A stretch of 64,000 nt of DNA from assembly GCA_010909165.1 (NCBI GenBank), contig VJWM01000196.1, positions 248,001 to 312,000 of the forward strand. Reading direction: 5' to 3'. This document shows positions 34,953 through 48,255 of this stretch, one piece after another; positions within the stretch are counted from its first letter, which is position 1, and each line of letters opens with the position of its first letter. Both the position numbers and the translations under genes were made by a program. Under the pieces are notes generated by a model, which had not been told where the DNA came from, made no database searches, and saw only the letters and a program-made list of their open reading frames with translations. This stretch comes from Anthoceros angustus. Lineage: Eukaryota > Plantae > Anthocerotophyta.

Positions 34953-35132
34953 AACATACATACATATATACATATAAATGTATGTATGTATGTATGTATG
35001 TATGTATGTATGTATGTATGTATGTATATGTATGTATATGTATATGTATGTATATATGTATATATGTATATGTATATATATGTATGTATGTATGTATATA
35101 TATGTATATATATATATATATGTATATGTATA

Positions 35133-35225
<93 letters not shown>

Positions 35226-35232
35226 GTATATT
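34953..35232. repeat. Compound microsatellite (TATG)n/(TA)n
   Basis: Directly visible. Confidence 0.98.
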
Positions 35233-36552
35233 ATTGTATCTCATGTCTTCTCAATAACCAAGGTACATGGCTGTCATTTTTCTACAGGCCATAGCGGAGA
35301 GCCAAAGTACGTGTTCATTGAAATCGAACAATCAGGCAGTTATTGAGATAATAGGCATGTGATTGCTAGGTCATAGCGGATTGCACAAATACACATGTTG
35401 CAGGCGAACTTGCCAACGGCCTGCACGCGTGATGACCTCTGATGGTTGCCAAAGATGGACCAGTGGCCAGGATTACCTCTGATCCTGTCCGGCATATTTT
35501 TCCCTCATCACCTCGCTTATCTCTTCCATGGCAGCTGTCCCTTCACACGTAGATAGACTTAACCAAGATTTAAGCCGCCTAGCCTGCCTCCTCTTCGCTC
35601 ATCTTCCACTCTTGCACATGGTAAAATGCTTAGCCCGCGTGTATGGCTAGCACATCAACTATGTAATTCAAAAGAGCTTAGGTAGTTTTGGGATCGGTCT
35701 GGTGTGTTGTCCTAGATCATTAACCTTGGCCTACATTAGCTGTCTCTAAGAGTATGTTTTTGCTTGTTCTTGCCCCTCATAAGAGGAGTGAGACAACTAC
35801 ACAAGCTGGTAGGAGGTAACAAGGAGCATCCACAATCAGATGGTAGGACAACTTCCACTCACTTCAACGGGAGGAAGAGGAGCTGGTTGATACTCTCCTT
35901 GAGCAAATATATAGCTCCTAGCTTTATGCCACAACTTGGGCAGGAGGGGTCACGGCTTTGTTTAATCATCATCATGGGGTTGATCCCTCCACACATATCC
36001 TACCTCCACATTCCTATGTTCCCAAACTATCCTGTTTCCTTAGGCATACTTATTTAGGAAGGAGAGCGCTGAAATGGCTGGCCACCAAAATGGCTGGCTG
36101 GCCACCAAAATGGCTGGCTGGCCACCTCCTCTTGTACGTTTGGGAGGAGAGCGCTAAAGAAGGCTGCCGTACGTTTGTGAGGCGGTACTCTGAGGACCTA
36201 CAGCGCCGGAACTGTCAAACAAGACCCGCGTGAGGGCCAGCAGAGGCTGCATGCTTAAAATGATATGTCCAATGATACCCAGATTTTGGTACAAAGATGG
36301 AAAGCACCGAGCGTCTTGGACGCGTTTATGCATTCCAAAGCTGACTGGAAAGCAGGAAGATGATGGTCCAGTGCGGACAGATACACGTCAGCTTGCCCAA
36401 CTGCCTCACGCCTCCATGGCCTGCTTGAAGGAAAAGAATATACTGTACACTGGAGGATGCATCGGAGGCCGTCGCTGTTTGTGTCGCATGAGAGCCCTGG
36501 GAACTTTCATCTCACCGCAGATCAGAAGCATCGAAGTCCCCACTGCAGAAAC

Positions 36553-39500
36553 TCACATTCGGAAGTCCATAACACAGACTGTGTTGTTGGAGAAGCAGGC
36601 TGCAACTTTGTCGCCATCCCTGTTCCAGCACACCTCAAATATGCCTCCACTACCTCTGTAGGTCTTCACCAGTCGCCCATCTTTCACTGACCAGATGTGC
36701 AAGCATTTGTCAAAGGAGCCACTCGCTAAGTACTCGCCGTTGGGACTAAAGGCCACAGAATAAACAGGCTCGCTGCAACCAGAACAAGGGTGTCAAACTG
36801 TCTCCTAACCGGACAAGGACAACGATATTCTTGGAACATGGTCGAAAACCCACCTGTGATGTGTTAAGCTGAAAAGCTGACTCCCTACTTCAACCTCCCA
36901 CAGCTTTATGGTGGCATCAAAAGAGGCACTGCGAACCAGAGTTGTTTAATCAGCACCTGAAAGAGGTAGATATAGCCCAACAATAAATTATGGAGGGAAA
37001 ACTATAAGCAGCTGCGCCTCAGTTCACCTTGCTAGGACCAGTTGCTGGTTTGGGTTATTTGTTCCCGGCCCCGTTGGACTCCATTTTATCGTGTAAATTT
37101 CCTGTGGGTCATATACAACACATGTACACGGACTCCTATCACAGCCACCATTTGTACATATCACCATTACTGCTCCATGACACAAGACAACCACACTGCA
37201 CGAACCTTTGTGTGGTCCTTCAAATCATGCAGGCATTTATCCTGTTTCAAACTCCAGATTTTTGCAGTGAAGTCATCCGAGCACGAGGCTAAGAGAGTGC
37301 CAGTTGGATCCCACTTTATCGCATTCACCTCATTCTGCAATACTTAGACTTAGTACTTCTCTCACAGGGAAAAGAAGCAATCTTAAAGTGCCAAGTACAT
37401 TGCATACCGCATGTCCTTGAAAAGACTTGACAGGCCTAGTGTCTCCCAGCTTACAAACATAAATCATCATGTCAGTTGAGCAGGTTGCAAAAGAAACATT
37501 GTTGCGCCAATCCACATCAAGAGTTGGAGCTGTCATCAACAATGACAACAAACAGTGAGAACAGGCATAATCTTCACATCTACTGCAGAAACCAAGATAC
37601 TCTTCGCCGTCGCCACTGGTAGACATACCCGAATGAAACTCAAATTGCTGTTTCACATCCCCAGTTTTAGCATCCCAGATGATAGCTGTCTTATCAACAC
37701 TCCCACTTAAAAGGCAGTCCCCTTTCTTGTTCCACTTCAAGGAGAAAATTGGGCCCTTGTGCTTGTTTAGAGTGTTCTTTAAATCACCTGCAACTCCAAG
37801 ACAATACTCTAAATGTATCTAAAAGAAAAGAAAACCTTGCAGAACGGGCACTTCAAGCATCCAGACCAAACTCTTACCATCCTTGCTCCAGATTCTCGCC
37901 TGACCATCATAAGAACCAGTTGCAAGGAGTGTCCCTTCTCCCTGAACAAAACCTCTTAGAGCATAAAAAGCTAGCCACAACCACAGCCGATGAGAAAATC
38001 GGGAAAAGGATCAAGAGAGTTGACTGCAAGCCTTTTTCATGTACTGACATTCCAGTCCAAGGTTGTAACATCTTTGCTCTTCTCATTCGTTTTCCCCTTA
38101 AAGTGCTTCAGCACAAGAGGCTTTGCAGCAGAAGCTTGCACTGTACTCCCAGATGGCCCGTCTGCAATTGTCCATATCCGGGCAGTTGAATCCCCAGAAC
38201 TGGAAAAAAGACAAAACCCATGATGAGAAAATAATGTTTCTGGAGTCTGCTGTCACTCTGTAGTTGGTCCTTCGGTTTGGAATGGAAGAAAAAGGAAAAG
38301 GATATTACACTGCCCTACATTTATTTGGTTCTAAATCGTTCCAGTACTGGTTTGTCTTTCTCTTTCCATAATGCTTAGTGAGTCTCATTAAGTTACCTCT
38401 AAAAGCTGTCGCACACACAGTGCCACAAAACAACCGTCTTCCAGTCAACAGCAAAAGTACTTACCCTGATGCCAAAAGAGAGCCTGTTGGACTCCATGCA
38501 CAGATAAAGACCTGAACGATAAACACAGCTTAGCTGAAAATTAAGAAACTCCTGTCCAAATGATTCGACAGAGTTTGAGGCAGACGCTTATTACCTCTGA
38601 CAGGTGTCCCTCAAGAATTGAGACATCTGAGTGAGATATCTCACTAGCCTGATGGGAGGATAAAGCATTACCAATCTCCATGGGTTCTGGTCCTACAAGA
38701 AGACAAGCTCTGGAAAATCACAACGAGTATACAAAAGACTAATGTTGTACACAGAAAGGACTCAAAATGTCACCGATCCAGACTAAAAAGCAGGGCAGAG
38801 CACAGTCTGAGCCTCGCCAGCAGGAGTTGCCTCTCCTGTTCGTCAGCAGAAGTAGCCTTCCTAGTTTCACCTGAATCTAGAGGGTTGACCTCTATGGAAC
38901 CTAGGCAGGGTCCCATTGCAGTAGTTTGTTCTATCTAGAATATGAATTTGCTGTCTTTTGACAAATTCTCAAGCACTTGGAAATTAAATTTCGAAACACA
39001 CTTCACCATGACTACATGGTACAGCCATTTAAGATGCAGAAGAAAATCGCACCTCCAGAAGATGTTCTTGTGTCTTCAACCTTCTGAATTTTCACCTTAT
39101 CATGCTCACGGTCCCTATCGAGACGGTCACGATCTCGGTCCTTCTCCCTCTCTTTATCTCTTTCCCTGTCGCGCTCTCTTTCAAGTCGCTCTCTCTCTCG
39201 CTCGCGCTCTCGTTCTTGCTTTTCCCTTTCTCTTTCCCTTTCCCTTTCTCTCTCCCTCTCCTTCTCCCTCTCCCTCTCCTTCTCTTTTTCCTTCTCCTTT
39301 TCTTTCTCCTTATTTATCTTGTCCTTCTTATCTCTGATAGCCTGTCGTAACTCAGCTACATCTTTAGTAAGAAGGTCGACAGGCTGCAACAGGGAGATAT
39401 CTCCATCAACATCTGTACCATCCTGAATCGCCACATGGACACAAAAAGATGGTCATAAACGCACCTTGCACTACGAAGCAATGCCTTTTAAGGCCAGCTA

Positions 39501-40271
39501 AGGCACACGGGATTGATCATATGGAATACGCACAGAACGGTTGCTCACTTCATTCAAGTTGGCTTCAAGTTCCAGATACTGAAGCCCCTTCTGAACGAAG
39601 GAAACCAGTGCACCAGGAGGCACCTGATTCCCATCAATAACAGTTTTGTTCAGACCAGCCTCGTAACCTAGAACGAACGCACTGTGCTGGAAGCCTGCAC
39701 CAAATGCAACACAAAACGGCTCAGGATTTTTAACGGGACGAAACCCATGACGGCAGACTGTCGGTGTCAATCTACTGTACTACAAAACAACCACATTCCG
39801 GTCCCAAGGCAGCATAAGAAAACGAACAATCCGAGCACAAATCACAGCAACACAAGCAGGTAGTAGTATTGCTATTAGGTCATCCTATGCACAGAGCATA
39901 GTTTGCTTCTCTTGAGAAGATTATGAGGACAAAACTAGCTGAACCACTTGACAGTCCTCTACTGGTGGTGAGAAAACATCCCTGTTTTCCAAATTGCAAG
40001 TGGGACGAACTTCCTAGCATGCCACGCCACGAAAGTAATGCGAATAAGATCATGGCTCCACTTAGGGCAAAGGAGACAAATCTGTTGCAGCTCAAAATCG
40101 CATATGCGAGGGCCCAATGCACAGACCAGTCAGCTGGCTACACAAATGACGCTCAGACGCTGCTGGGCATAGAAGCTCAAGTTCCCTACCGTAAAGAGCA
40201 GCACACCTACCTGACTCCTGAAGGTACCGAAATATCAGAAAATTGAGCTCGACAGAAGTGATGGCAGACAT
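36553..40271 (-). CDS. HOS15: HOS15 / TBL1-like LisH and WD40 corepressor subunit, multi-exon
   Basis: LisH start [27 protein letters not shown]..., [22 protein letters not shown], an EKERE-rich linker, and WD40 exons ending [35 protein letters not shown]. Confidence 0.95.
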
Positions 40272-41184
40272 CGGCGCCCACTCTCATACCACGCTCACTG
40301 AGCACATTTCACAGCCCTCGCCACCAAGCCGAGTCCAGCTCGCAGACCGCGACCACTTCTAGTCCACCTGCAGGCCCAGTGCAACCGCTATCACGAATCA
40401 GTGAGGACCCATGCCAACGTCTTCCCGCCGGAATAGATGCATCTGCGTATGTACATACGTAGATAGGTTGGACCACCCACGTCCAACACCTACCGGCAAA
40501 TCCCGGTGACCATGAAGAACACAAGAAAGAATTACTAACGGATGAGCAACCGGACTTGATAGAGGTCTTAGGTTAGGCATCCCAGTGCTTTATAGCGATT
40601 TCATCCCCATGCTTTTATGGGTTAATTTTTATGGGACACCTCACTAGGGTAAAATAATAATCTATATTTTAATAATATAATAATAATTAATATAAAATTT
40701 TAAAATTTTGGTGATATTTTATGAACTAAATGTAAGTGTACATTCAAGCACATGCCCATGTCATGTCCAAGTTCTCCACAATCGCTATGCATAGGTACCT
40801 ATTTCATTGCTTGCAAGGTCTTTGTTTCATGCCCTCTCAAGAATAGCCAAAAGTTGCCCAAGAATAGCTAGAAGTTCATGGTTAGTAAGTTGACGTTGAG
40901 TCCAAGTGTTTCACATTGGATAGACAAGCTTGTTTGCAAGGATGTAGTTTCGTCTGAGCTTAGTAACTAGTGTCGAGCATTATAGAGTCTTGCTCCCATA
41001 TATCTTAGATTTAATATCTTTACATATATACATATGCTTATACAGGGGGGTGATTAGTCTTGTGTAACATTGGACGCAACTTCATCAAGGGTTCTGTACC
41101 CTCCCCATCGGCTTGTGTAAGTGACTTCGTCGAGAGTTCCACACCCTCTCTGTCATCTTTGTCTTTTGTGCATAAAAAGATTGC

Positions 41185-41525
41185 AATACAATGTCAACAA
41201 GGTAATCAAACTGTTGGCGTTCTACTTTGTAGGCGAAAAATATGTAATACATACAATATCTACAATGTAACCAAACTACTAGTCCTCAATTCACGAAAAG
41301 ACTGTTGGTCTTCTACTTTGTTTGCCAAAAAATATGTAATACTTACAATATTTTCAAGGTAACCAGCGTGTTGGTCCTCTACTTTATATGTCCTTACTTT
41401 ATGGGTCTCTTGTGCATAAATTCTCTATCATTTGATGCCACAAGGTATGTAAAACAAACAATATCACCAAGATTACCAAACTGTTGCTCCTCTACTTTGT
41501 ATGTCCTTACTTTATGGGGTTCTGG
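41185..41525. repeat. Degenerate tandem repeats of about 70-110 bp sharing a CTGTTGGTCTTCTACTTT-like core
   Basis: Core recurs at about 41211, 41302, 41369 and 41481. Confidence 0.7.
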
Positions 41526-41947
41526 GCTCATCACTCTAAAGCTGAAAATCTTGTTGAGCCGTTGATTCTCCTCCTCCAAAACGCGAGTATGCTCCGTTGT
41601 GGGTGAGGGTTTGCCGCTGAGATGTGGCAACAGCAACGGGCCATGCGTCTCATGGATGACTGACACTAGGCGCTGCACATCGGACCTTCCCTCCCGCTGT
41701 TTTGCCCACACAGTTTTTGCCTTGCTTCCTCCAATTGTCGCAGCAATTTTGCCCTGATCGCCCTCTTTTCCTTCACCTTCACTGGGGCCTTCCCTCTTTT
41801 GCGGCCCGCCATGCTGTTGGCTTCTTTCCTTGCTCATCGCAATCGGTTCTTGGTAGCGTCCTCATGGCCATCATTTCCGCTCCATTCCATACTATCCAAA
41901 GGCTCTATACATCCTGATCTAGTGTTTATGCCAAACTTCTCCATTAT

Positions 41948-42499
41948 CTAATCATCCCCAGATTCCTCCTTCCTTAAGGCAAAACTCCATGTCAGTTTAG
42001 CGTCGTGTGCTCTACACTACAACATATACATCTCTTTGCCTCCAATAAAGACCCAGGGTAATGCTTTAACCACTTGATGAGGTAAAGCTCAATTCCAGCT
42101 TTACCACCATGTCGGTCAAAGGAATGATTCTAAGTAGTGATTGAAACGTTGAGATAGGCAATCTCGGCAAATCTCCCTTTCACAAACTTCTTTTACATCC
42201 TAGAAAATTGAGCTTCATCTACTCCTATCACTTCTAATAAATTGAACAGTTCTGCCCCAACTTTATGCTTCAAACTTCTCATTTCATCCATTATGTAACA
42301 GGTTGATTGTTCACCAGTATGTGTCGCCATTGTTGACGTTGAGTATCGGTTATCTTTATTAGATTTCACCAATAGCACCTATTTTTCCGTTCTCTTTCTT
42401 CTTTTGTTTTCTCTTCAATAATTCACCAATTTTTCCACTAAACATTGGTCTAAAGGATGATAGGAATTTCCGCACTTCATTATCATTCCCTACGTTCAT
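41948..42499 (-). pseudogene. Intronless decayed thymidine kinase (TK1 family)
   Basis: Motifs in the expected order: EI.IIL-(G/R)PMFSGK, VKSNKDNRY, ATHTG, VIGVDEAQF, IIPLTDMVVKL, IGGKEMY..CR. Contains frameshifts, a stop and internal deletions. Confidence 0.85.
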
Positions 42500-43004
42500 A
42501 ATTTACTTAGGTCATTAGCAATATTAGTTTATCACAGCCTAAGCATTCTTTTAATAGTAAAACGTCATTTGTTGATCTAGCTATATTCTAAGACACACTT
42601 ACATGACTTGCTTTTGATCCAAATATCATATAGGAACACAAGCCTGCAATATAATCAAAGTGATTTCATTGCTATCTCACGCTTAAATTTCATATGTAAG
42701 TTTACAAAACATAGAAAGTTTGTGTGCCCAAGATCTGCACACAGGCTCCGCGTACGAGAACTATCAAAAGATTGCTTCTTTAGGTACCTCCAATGCACCT
42801 ATAGCATTCCCTTAACCGTCTCTAAACGTCCATGTTAACATTTTCACTCTATACGAACGTACCGTACCCCGAGGGGTGGTTCGATGTTAGTTAATTATCA
42901 CTAGTAAATGTTGAAAATCAAGAAAATATTAAGTAAAAAACGTCAAATATCAAAAAAATTATCCGGGCACTTCGACGAAAACTAGGAAAAGGCAAGGGGC
43001 GGGG

Positions 43005-43250
43005 CTGGTCGGGATCGAGAGGCAGAGCACGCTTGGGATCGGGAGACGCAGCACATCCTGGATCGGGAGGCGGAGCATGCTGGGATCGGGAGGCAGAGCA
43101 CGCCAGGATCGGGAAGCGAAGCAGGCTGGGACCGGGAAGCCTAGAACAATGGGAGAGGGATCGAGAAGCCAAGCCTGCCAGGATCGGGAGGCCGAGAACG
43201 GCGGGAGAGGGATCGAGAGGCCTAGCATGTCGGGATCGGAAGGCTGAGAA
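43005..43250. repeat. GC-rich minisatellite, about 20-bp unit with core GGATCGrGAG
   Basis: About 11 degenerate copies visible. Confidence 0.85.
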
Positions 43251-44385
43251 CAGTGCACTCGCTTTGAAACTAGGGCTTGTTTGAAGTAAGTCTATACTTA
43301 GTTTTAGTTAGGTATATATTTTAATAAATATTTAAATTTGACAAATTTAAAATTTTGAAATTTATTTTTGGAAAAAGTCGAAACTTCAAAAAATACAAGT
43401 ATATATTTTGAACCTATATTTTTTCAAGAAATAATAATTTCGGTATTACCCTGTTGAGTTACGATATACTAAATTTAAGTTCAACAAAGTTGTCTGTAAC
43501 GAGACTGACCTTCCTTCTTAACTTGCGCAGCTCTCGCAAATTGTCTTAGTTTGTTGTGCTGGCTCTCCCCTCTAGTGTTTTCTCCTTCATTTCTGCCACT
43601 TATTTAGTGATTCACTGCTCATAACAATAAGCTCAACACCTAGTGACTTCTTCTTCATACGGTCCCATACGTCATTAAATTAGTTAGACACCACTAACCG
43701 CTGACCTTCTAAGTCAATACACTAGCCTTCTCCTTTTTTTACGTGTGACTGTGCTTTGCTTTGGACATGTGTGGAACACACTTGACTTGCTCCCTATTAG
43801 AACGACAACGCATTGCAACTCAAGTCATCATAGAGATAGAGATGGTCAAATTTGCAATTACTTGGTAAGCGCACATTGTCCATGTCCTTGCATTGGTGGC
43901 GAATCTGATAGATATGGACTCTGCTCAAAATACCATCATAGAGCATGCACATAGTTTGAACCTCTCTAGGTTGGGGAGTGCAGCAACAACAACCACAAAG
44001 GTTTTCATATATAATGGAATGTAAGAGGGTTAGCTCCTTATCGTCTTTGCCTTGGTAACATCTGAATGTAAGAGGGTCATCTCTTATCCCCTTTGCTTTG
44101 GAACATCGAGAGCTTCAGCAAGTGACTTCGAGAAATTTATCAAGGCCTATTTTAAGGCATACCACTCTCACAGACACAAAGTAGGGCGCTTCCTTATTTG
44201 GTTACCTTTCAACAACAATAAGCATCCATTACTCTTCAAAAGACTTGGTAGGAATAATATTTAAAATGGTGATTGTGGTATTGGCTCAACAACTTGAGTG
44301 GTATGCAAGGATTTTCATCCTCTAGGTATGACATTGTATATACAATAAGCAATTTTTGGCCTAGTATATACCGAGCATAGTTTTC

Positions 44386-44638
44386 CACGTTATTGTAACC
44401 ATCATGGTATTCCCTCAATGTGTATGTGGAAAATGAGTTTATTTTATTTCTTTATTTTCAATACAGCCGAAAGTTACACTCACACTTCACGTCCTTATAT
44501 TAACTGAAGTCACGTTATTGTAACCATCATGGTATTCCCTCAATGTGTATGTGGAAAATGAGTTTATTTTATTTCTTTATGTTCAATAGAGCCGAAAGTT
44601 ACACTCACACTTCATGTCCTTATATTAACTGAAGTCAC
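44386..44638. repeat. Near-perfect tandem duplication of about 125 bp
   Basis: CACGTTATTGTAACCATCATGG...TAACTGAAGT occurs twice back to back. Confidence 0.95.
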
Positions 44639-45265
44639 GCCGTTAAATGAAGTCTACAAGATGGTTATTATTTTGCAAGAAAATCAAACAGACAGTCTGT
44701 CTTCACGAGTGTCTTATATTTGACTTACCAGACCACATACACTTGTTCCTACATTATGGATGTGATGGAGATGGAAAGAAAATATCAGGCTGATTGTCTT
44801 TGTAACTGTGATGAACTGCATAAGAAAACAAGGATTCAAAGTGCCGAAGATCTAGACTGTAAATTAGTGTCCCTTATCAAATTCTTAGGCAATACTCTAG
44901 GTCGATTATGCTCTTGTGAAGCTATTGAAGATTACACATGCTTCAGCTATTCTTCATCATTGCGGTTCTTAAAGTGTCTTTCTCCACTGTAAGTTATATG
45001 CAAATGACATTATACACATGAATAATTGATTTATGAGATTATTGTGAAAGGATTTGCAAATTGATTGCAGGTATGAGAAACAACTGCCCAAAGAAGCACA
45101 AGGTCTTTATAAAGAAGAACAATGTACGAATTTGCATCAGTCACTTTCAACAACAGGTCGTACCTTGAGGTATTCATCACATTGTAGATAGAAAATGAAT
45201 AAAATAAAATTCATACTAACAATAGTCCCAAAGCTTGTACAACAAAATACGTAAGTTGAAATAGG

Positions 45266-45441
45266 AATGTGTATTTGACAAGTTATAATTAAGTAATAGA
45301 TATGTACAAAACTTTTGTAGGTCCAACTTTTCTTCAAGTTCGAGTACCTCAAAATGTGTATTTGATAAGTTATAATTAAGTAACAGATATTTACAAAACT
45401 TTTGCAGATCCAGCTTTCCTTCCAGTTCGAGCACCTCAAAA
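45266..45441. repeat. Tandem duplication of about 87 bp
   Basis: AATGTGTATTTGAyAAGTTATAATTAAG...GTTCGAGyACCTCAAA occurs twice. Confidence 0.9.
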
Positions 45442-47819
45442 TTATGTAAGTATTATTTCATCCAATTATTGAACTAAATTTTTAGTGCATGATGTTTTCC
45501 AGTATTTCATATATTTGAATATTGGATACTAAAAGAAAGTTTGAAAAATGATATGTTTTTAGAACCTTTGACTATCTCTTTGACAGGGAGACAATAGAAT
45601 CATGAGAAAGTCAACTAATACATATAACCTCAAGAGTGGGACACATAAATTGAATGTTGTCCATCCAAACGATATTGGGTTCAAGTTGCAAAGAATAAAA
45701 TCAAAAACTCAACACACTAGCCATATTGGTTATGCTGATCAAGACCTTGAAAGTCCAGCTGCAAGAAGAGCTCGTATCAATTTTCCACATACTTTCACCG
45801 ATTTGAATAGATGGTTCTTTATGAGGAAGAAGATTATTCAAGCTAAACCCATGGGCATTTTTATACAACAACACAAGGTTGATCTTTCGATATCTCCTTC
45901 TAAGGACAACAAGCGTATCTCTTTTCTTTTAAGATTGCAACATGAGCATCTAAATCAAGAGAGTTGGGTATCACATGTAAGTATGGTACGAAAATCTATT
46001 TCACAGTTTTATTTTTTTAATTACTAAAAATATCATGCAATAGTGAAATGTAAGATTGAAAACCGTCATTGTTGGGTATAATGCAGTTGACTAAACATGC
46101 AACTTACAATGACATAAAACGAGTTCAAAAGATATCGCACTCATGTATTGAAGGAAATAATGTTTTATATTTAGCTTCAGGTAATAATAATTATGAAACT
46201 TGAGCCCTTTATTTATTAATTATGTTCCAAGATAAAACAAAAAATAATGTAATAAACCAAAATAATATGAATCTTTTTATTACAAAATGGTGTGGTGCAG
46301 GATTATGGAAACTTGAACTCCTTCCTCAATAATTATGTCTGACCATCCAAAGTAATGTAATAAACAAAAATGAATGTGAATCTTGTTATTTCAGGTGTGG
46401 TGCAGGATCGCATATTGCTAAACGTCTTGTTATTTCAATATAAACTTATGGTGTGGTGCAGGATTGCATATTGCTAAACATCGAAACATATGTTTCCGAG
46501 CCATTTTAGGTTTGCCGGAAAGGGATAATACAACTACAAAAGAACCCTCAAATTTTAATTTGACATTTTTCGAAAAAAAATCAAGTTCTTGTAGGAACTT
46601 GCAACAGTTATTTATAGACAATTATTACAATCAAAATAAGTATTCGATGAAACTACTCTATGCAAGAGAATATTTATGGCATCACCCTCTACCATCAAAT
46701 TGTTGGGCATTTATGGGTATAGATTTAAAGCCTCTTTTAGATTTCGTTTTAACTACATGGAGTAGTAATGCTTAAATACAATGTCTTGTAACCATGTGTG
46801 ATTTTGCAGAAAATTTCATGAAGTTATGTCCTCAAACAATCTCAAACATCCATACATTAAGCATTACAAAAGATATCATGTATCAACGTTTTGATGTAAG
46901 TGATTTTTTGCTTCATTATGGTGTGGACATCAAGAATCAGCCGTGGTTTTGATTGATGATAGTTTATTAATGTATGGCAGCAAATTATGAGTATAACAAG
47001 ATTGTTCCACTCTCTCCAAAGCTATCTACTACAATGTTGCTTAGAAGCTACTATTGCAAATGATTTACTACCACAAACTTCAAGGTACTTACTTCATGTT
47101 CATGATTATTTTTGACTTGATGTTCATGCTTTTATTTGATGTCATGCTTATGATTTTTTGATATTTTTATTGATTATATCACTACATTTTTTATATATTA
47201 ATATTATGAGACTTTGCAGGGTCAACGTGATAGAAAGTCCATTTATAATTTTTAGATGTAAATTGGCACATGCATTTTTGTGTGAATCTGGGAACGGCGT
47301 ACTTATATTATCTTATCGATCTATGGAAGATACTTAAAAGGCTGGTTTTTGTTGGGAGGAATGACATGTGAAGCATTGGAATTTTTAATAGAGAGACAAC
47401 ATAAATGAAAAAAAAGTATTCAGACTAAAGTGCACAACTCCTCACATTTGAAGCGGTGTAAGAGTCTATATGCAATACAACTATATTATATAAACCAAGA
47501 AATTGATATCCCAAGAAATTATGCTCACTTTCTTCCCACAACTTGATATATCCTAAGCATTGTTGTAGAGGAATTACATACTTTGGCTTTCATCCAAGGG
47601 CCAAAATACATCATAGTCACAACTTTATGAGACGTACACTCCGTCTAAATATATTTGGTTTTTAGAGAGTTTGAATATATTTTAGCTTAATTTATTTGAA
47701 TTAGAATAGGTAGGTATGTACTTAGGTAGTTCTTTCCGAAAATCATTTTAATCAACAGAAGATGGCAAAAATTATACATAATAATTTTTCATCGTGAGTT
47801 CTCCCTTGGTCATATCCAA

Positions 47820-48255
47820 ACATAGTTCATTGAAACTCTGCGGTCAAATGGACAGTACTAGGATGAGGTACCACCCATCCCCTCTTTCATGGCCCTACCA
47901 AGCCTATTGCATGAGTTCATTGGAACTCTATAGTCAAACGGATCAGTACTAAAATGGGGTGCCACCCATCCCTTATTTCATGGCCCTACAAAGCCGCTTG
48001 TTGTAAAAAGCCCTCACCCATCTCTTGTTTCATGGCCCTATGAAGCCACTTGTTGTAAAAAGCCCCCACGCACCCCCTGTTTAATGGCCGTACGAAACTG
48101 CTTATTATAAAATGCCCCAATTGACCCCTGTTTCATGGCCCTACGAAGCTGCTAGTTGTAAAAAGCCTCGTAAAATGTTGTAAAAAGCCCCTTCAAGGCC
48201 GCCTATTGTAAAAAGCCTATGTGGCCCTCTATCGTAAGAGCCCTATGTGGCTACT
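47820..48255. repeat. Degenerate minisatellite of about 52-90 bp (TTTCATGGCCCTA...TTGTAAAAAGCCC)
   Basis: About 6-7 copies of the shared cores. Confidence 0.85.

Larger units (their letters stand above)
43850..47650 (+). pseudogene. Heavily decayed AT-rich multi-exon gene, possibly transposon-borne; product unknown
   Basis: ORF fragments alternate with very AT-rich intron-like segments bounded by GT..CAG (e.g. acceptors near 45070, 45587, 46086, 47219). A PHD-like (Y)GLC-x4-H-x2-C remnant lies near 43915-43950. Confidence 0.4.

Noticed and set aside
34873-35346. Tyr/Ile/Met/Cys repeat ORFs
   Set aside because: Translations of the TA/TATG microsatellite.
39130-39320. CT-rich tract as a separate repeat element
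   Set aside because: It is the coding EKERE linker of HOS15 on the minus strand.
40731-41044. Possible solo LTR (TGTAAG...CTTATACA)
   Set aside because: No matching target-site duplication and no second copy in the window.
43005-43250. CRISPR-like look of the GGATCGGGAG array
   Set aside because: Degenerate repeats with short related spacers, eukaryotic context and no cas genes.
47820-48255. CRISPR-like look of the TTGTAAAAAGCCC array
   Set aside because: The intervening sequences are homologous to one another, so this is a minisatellite.
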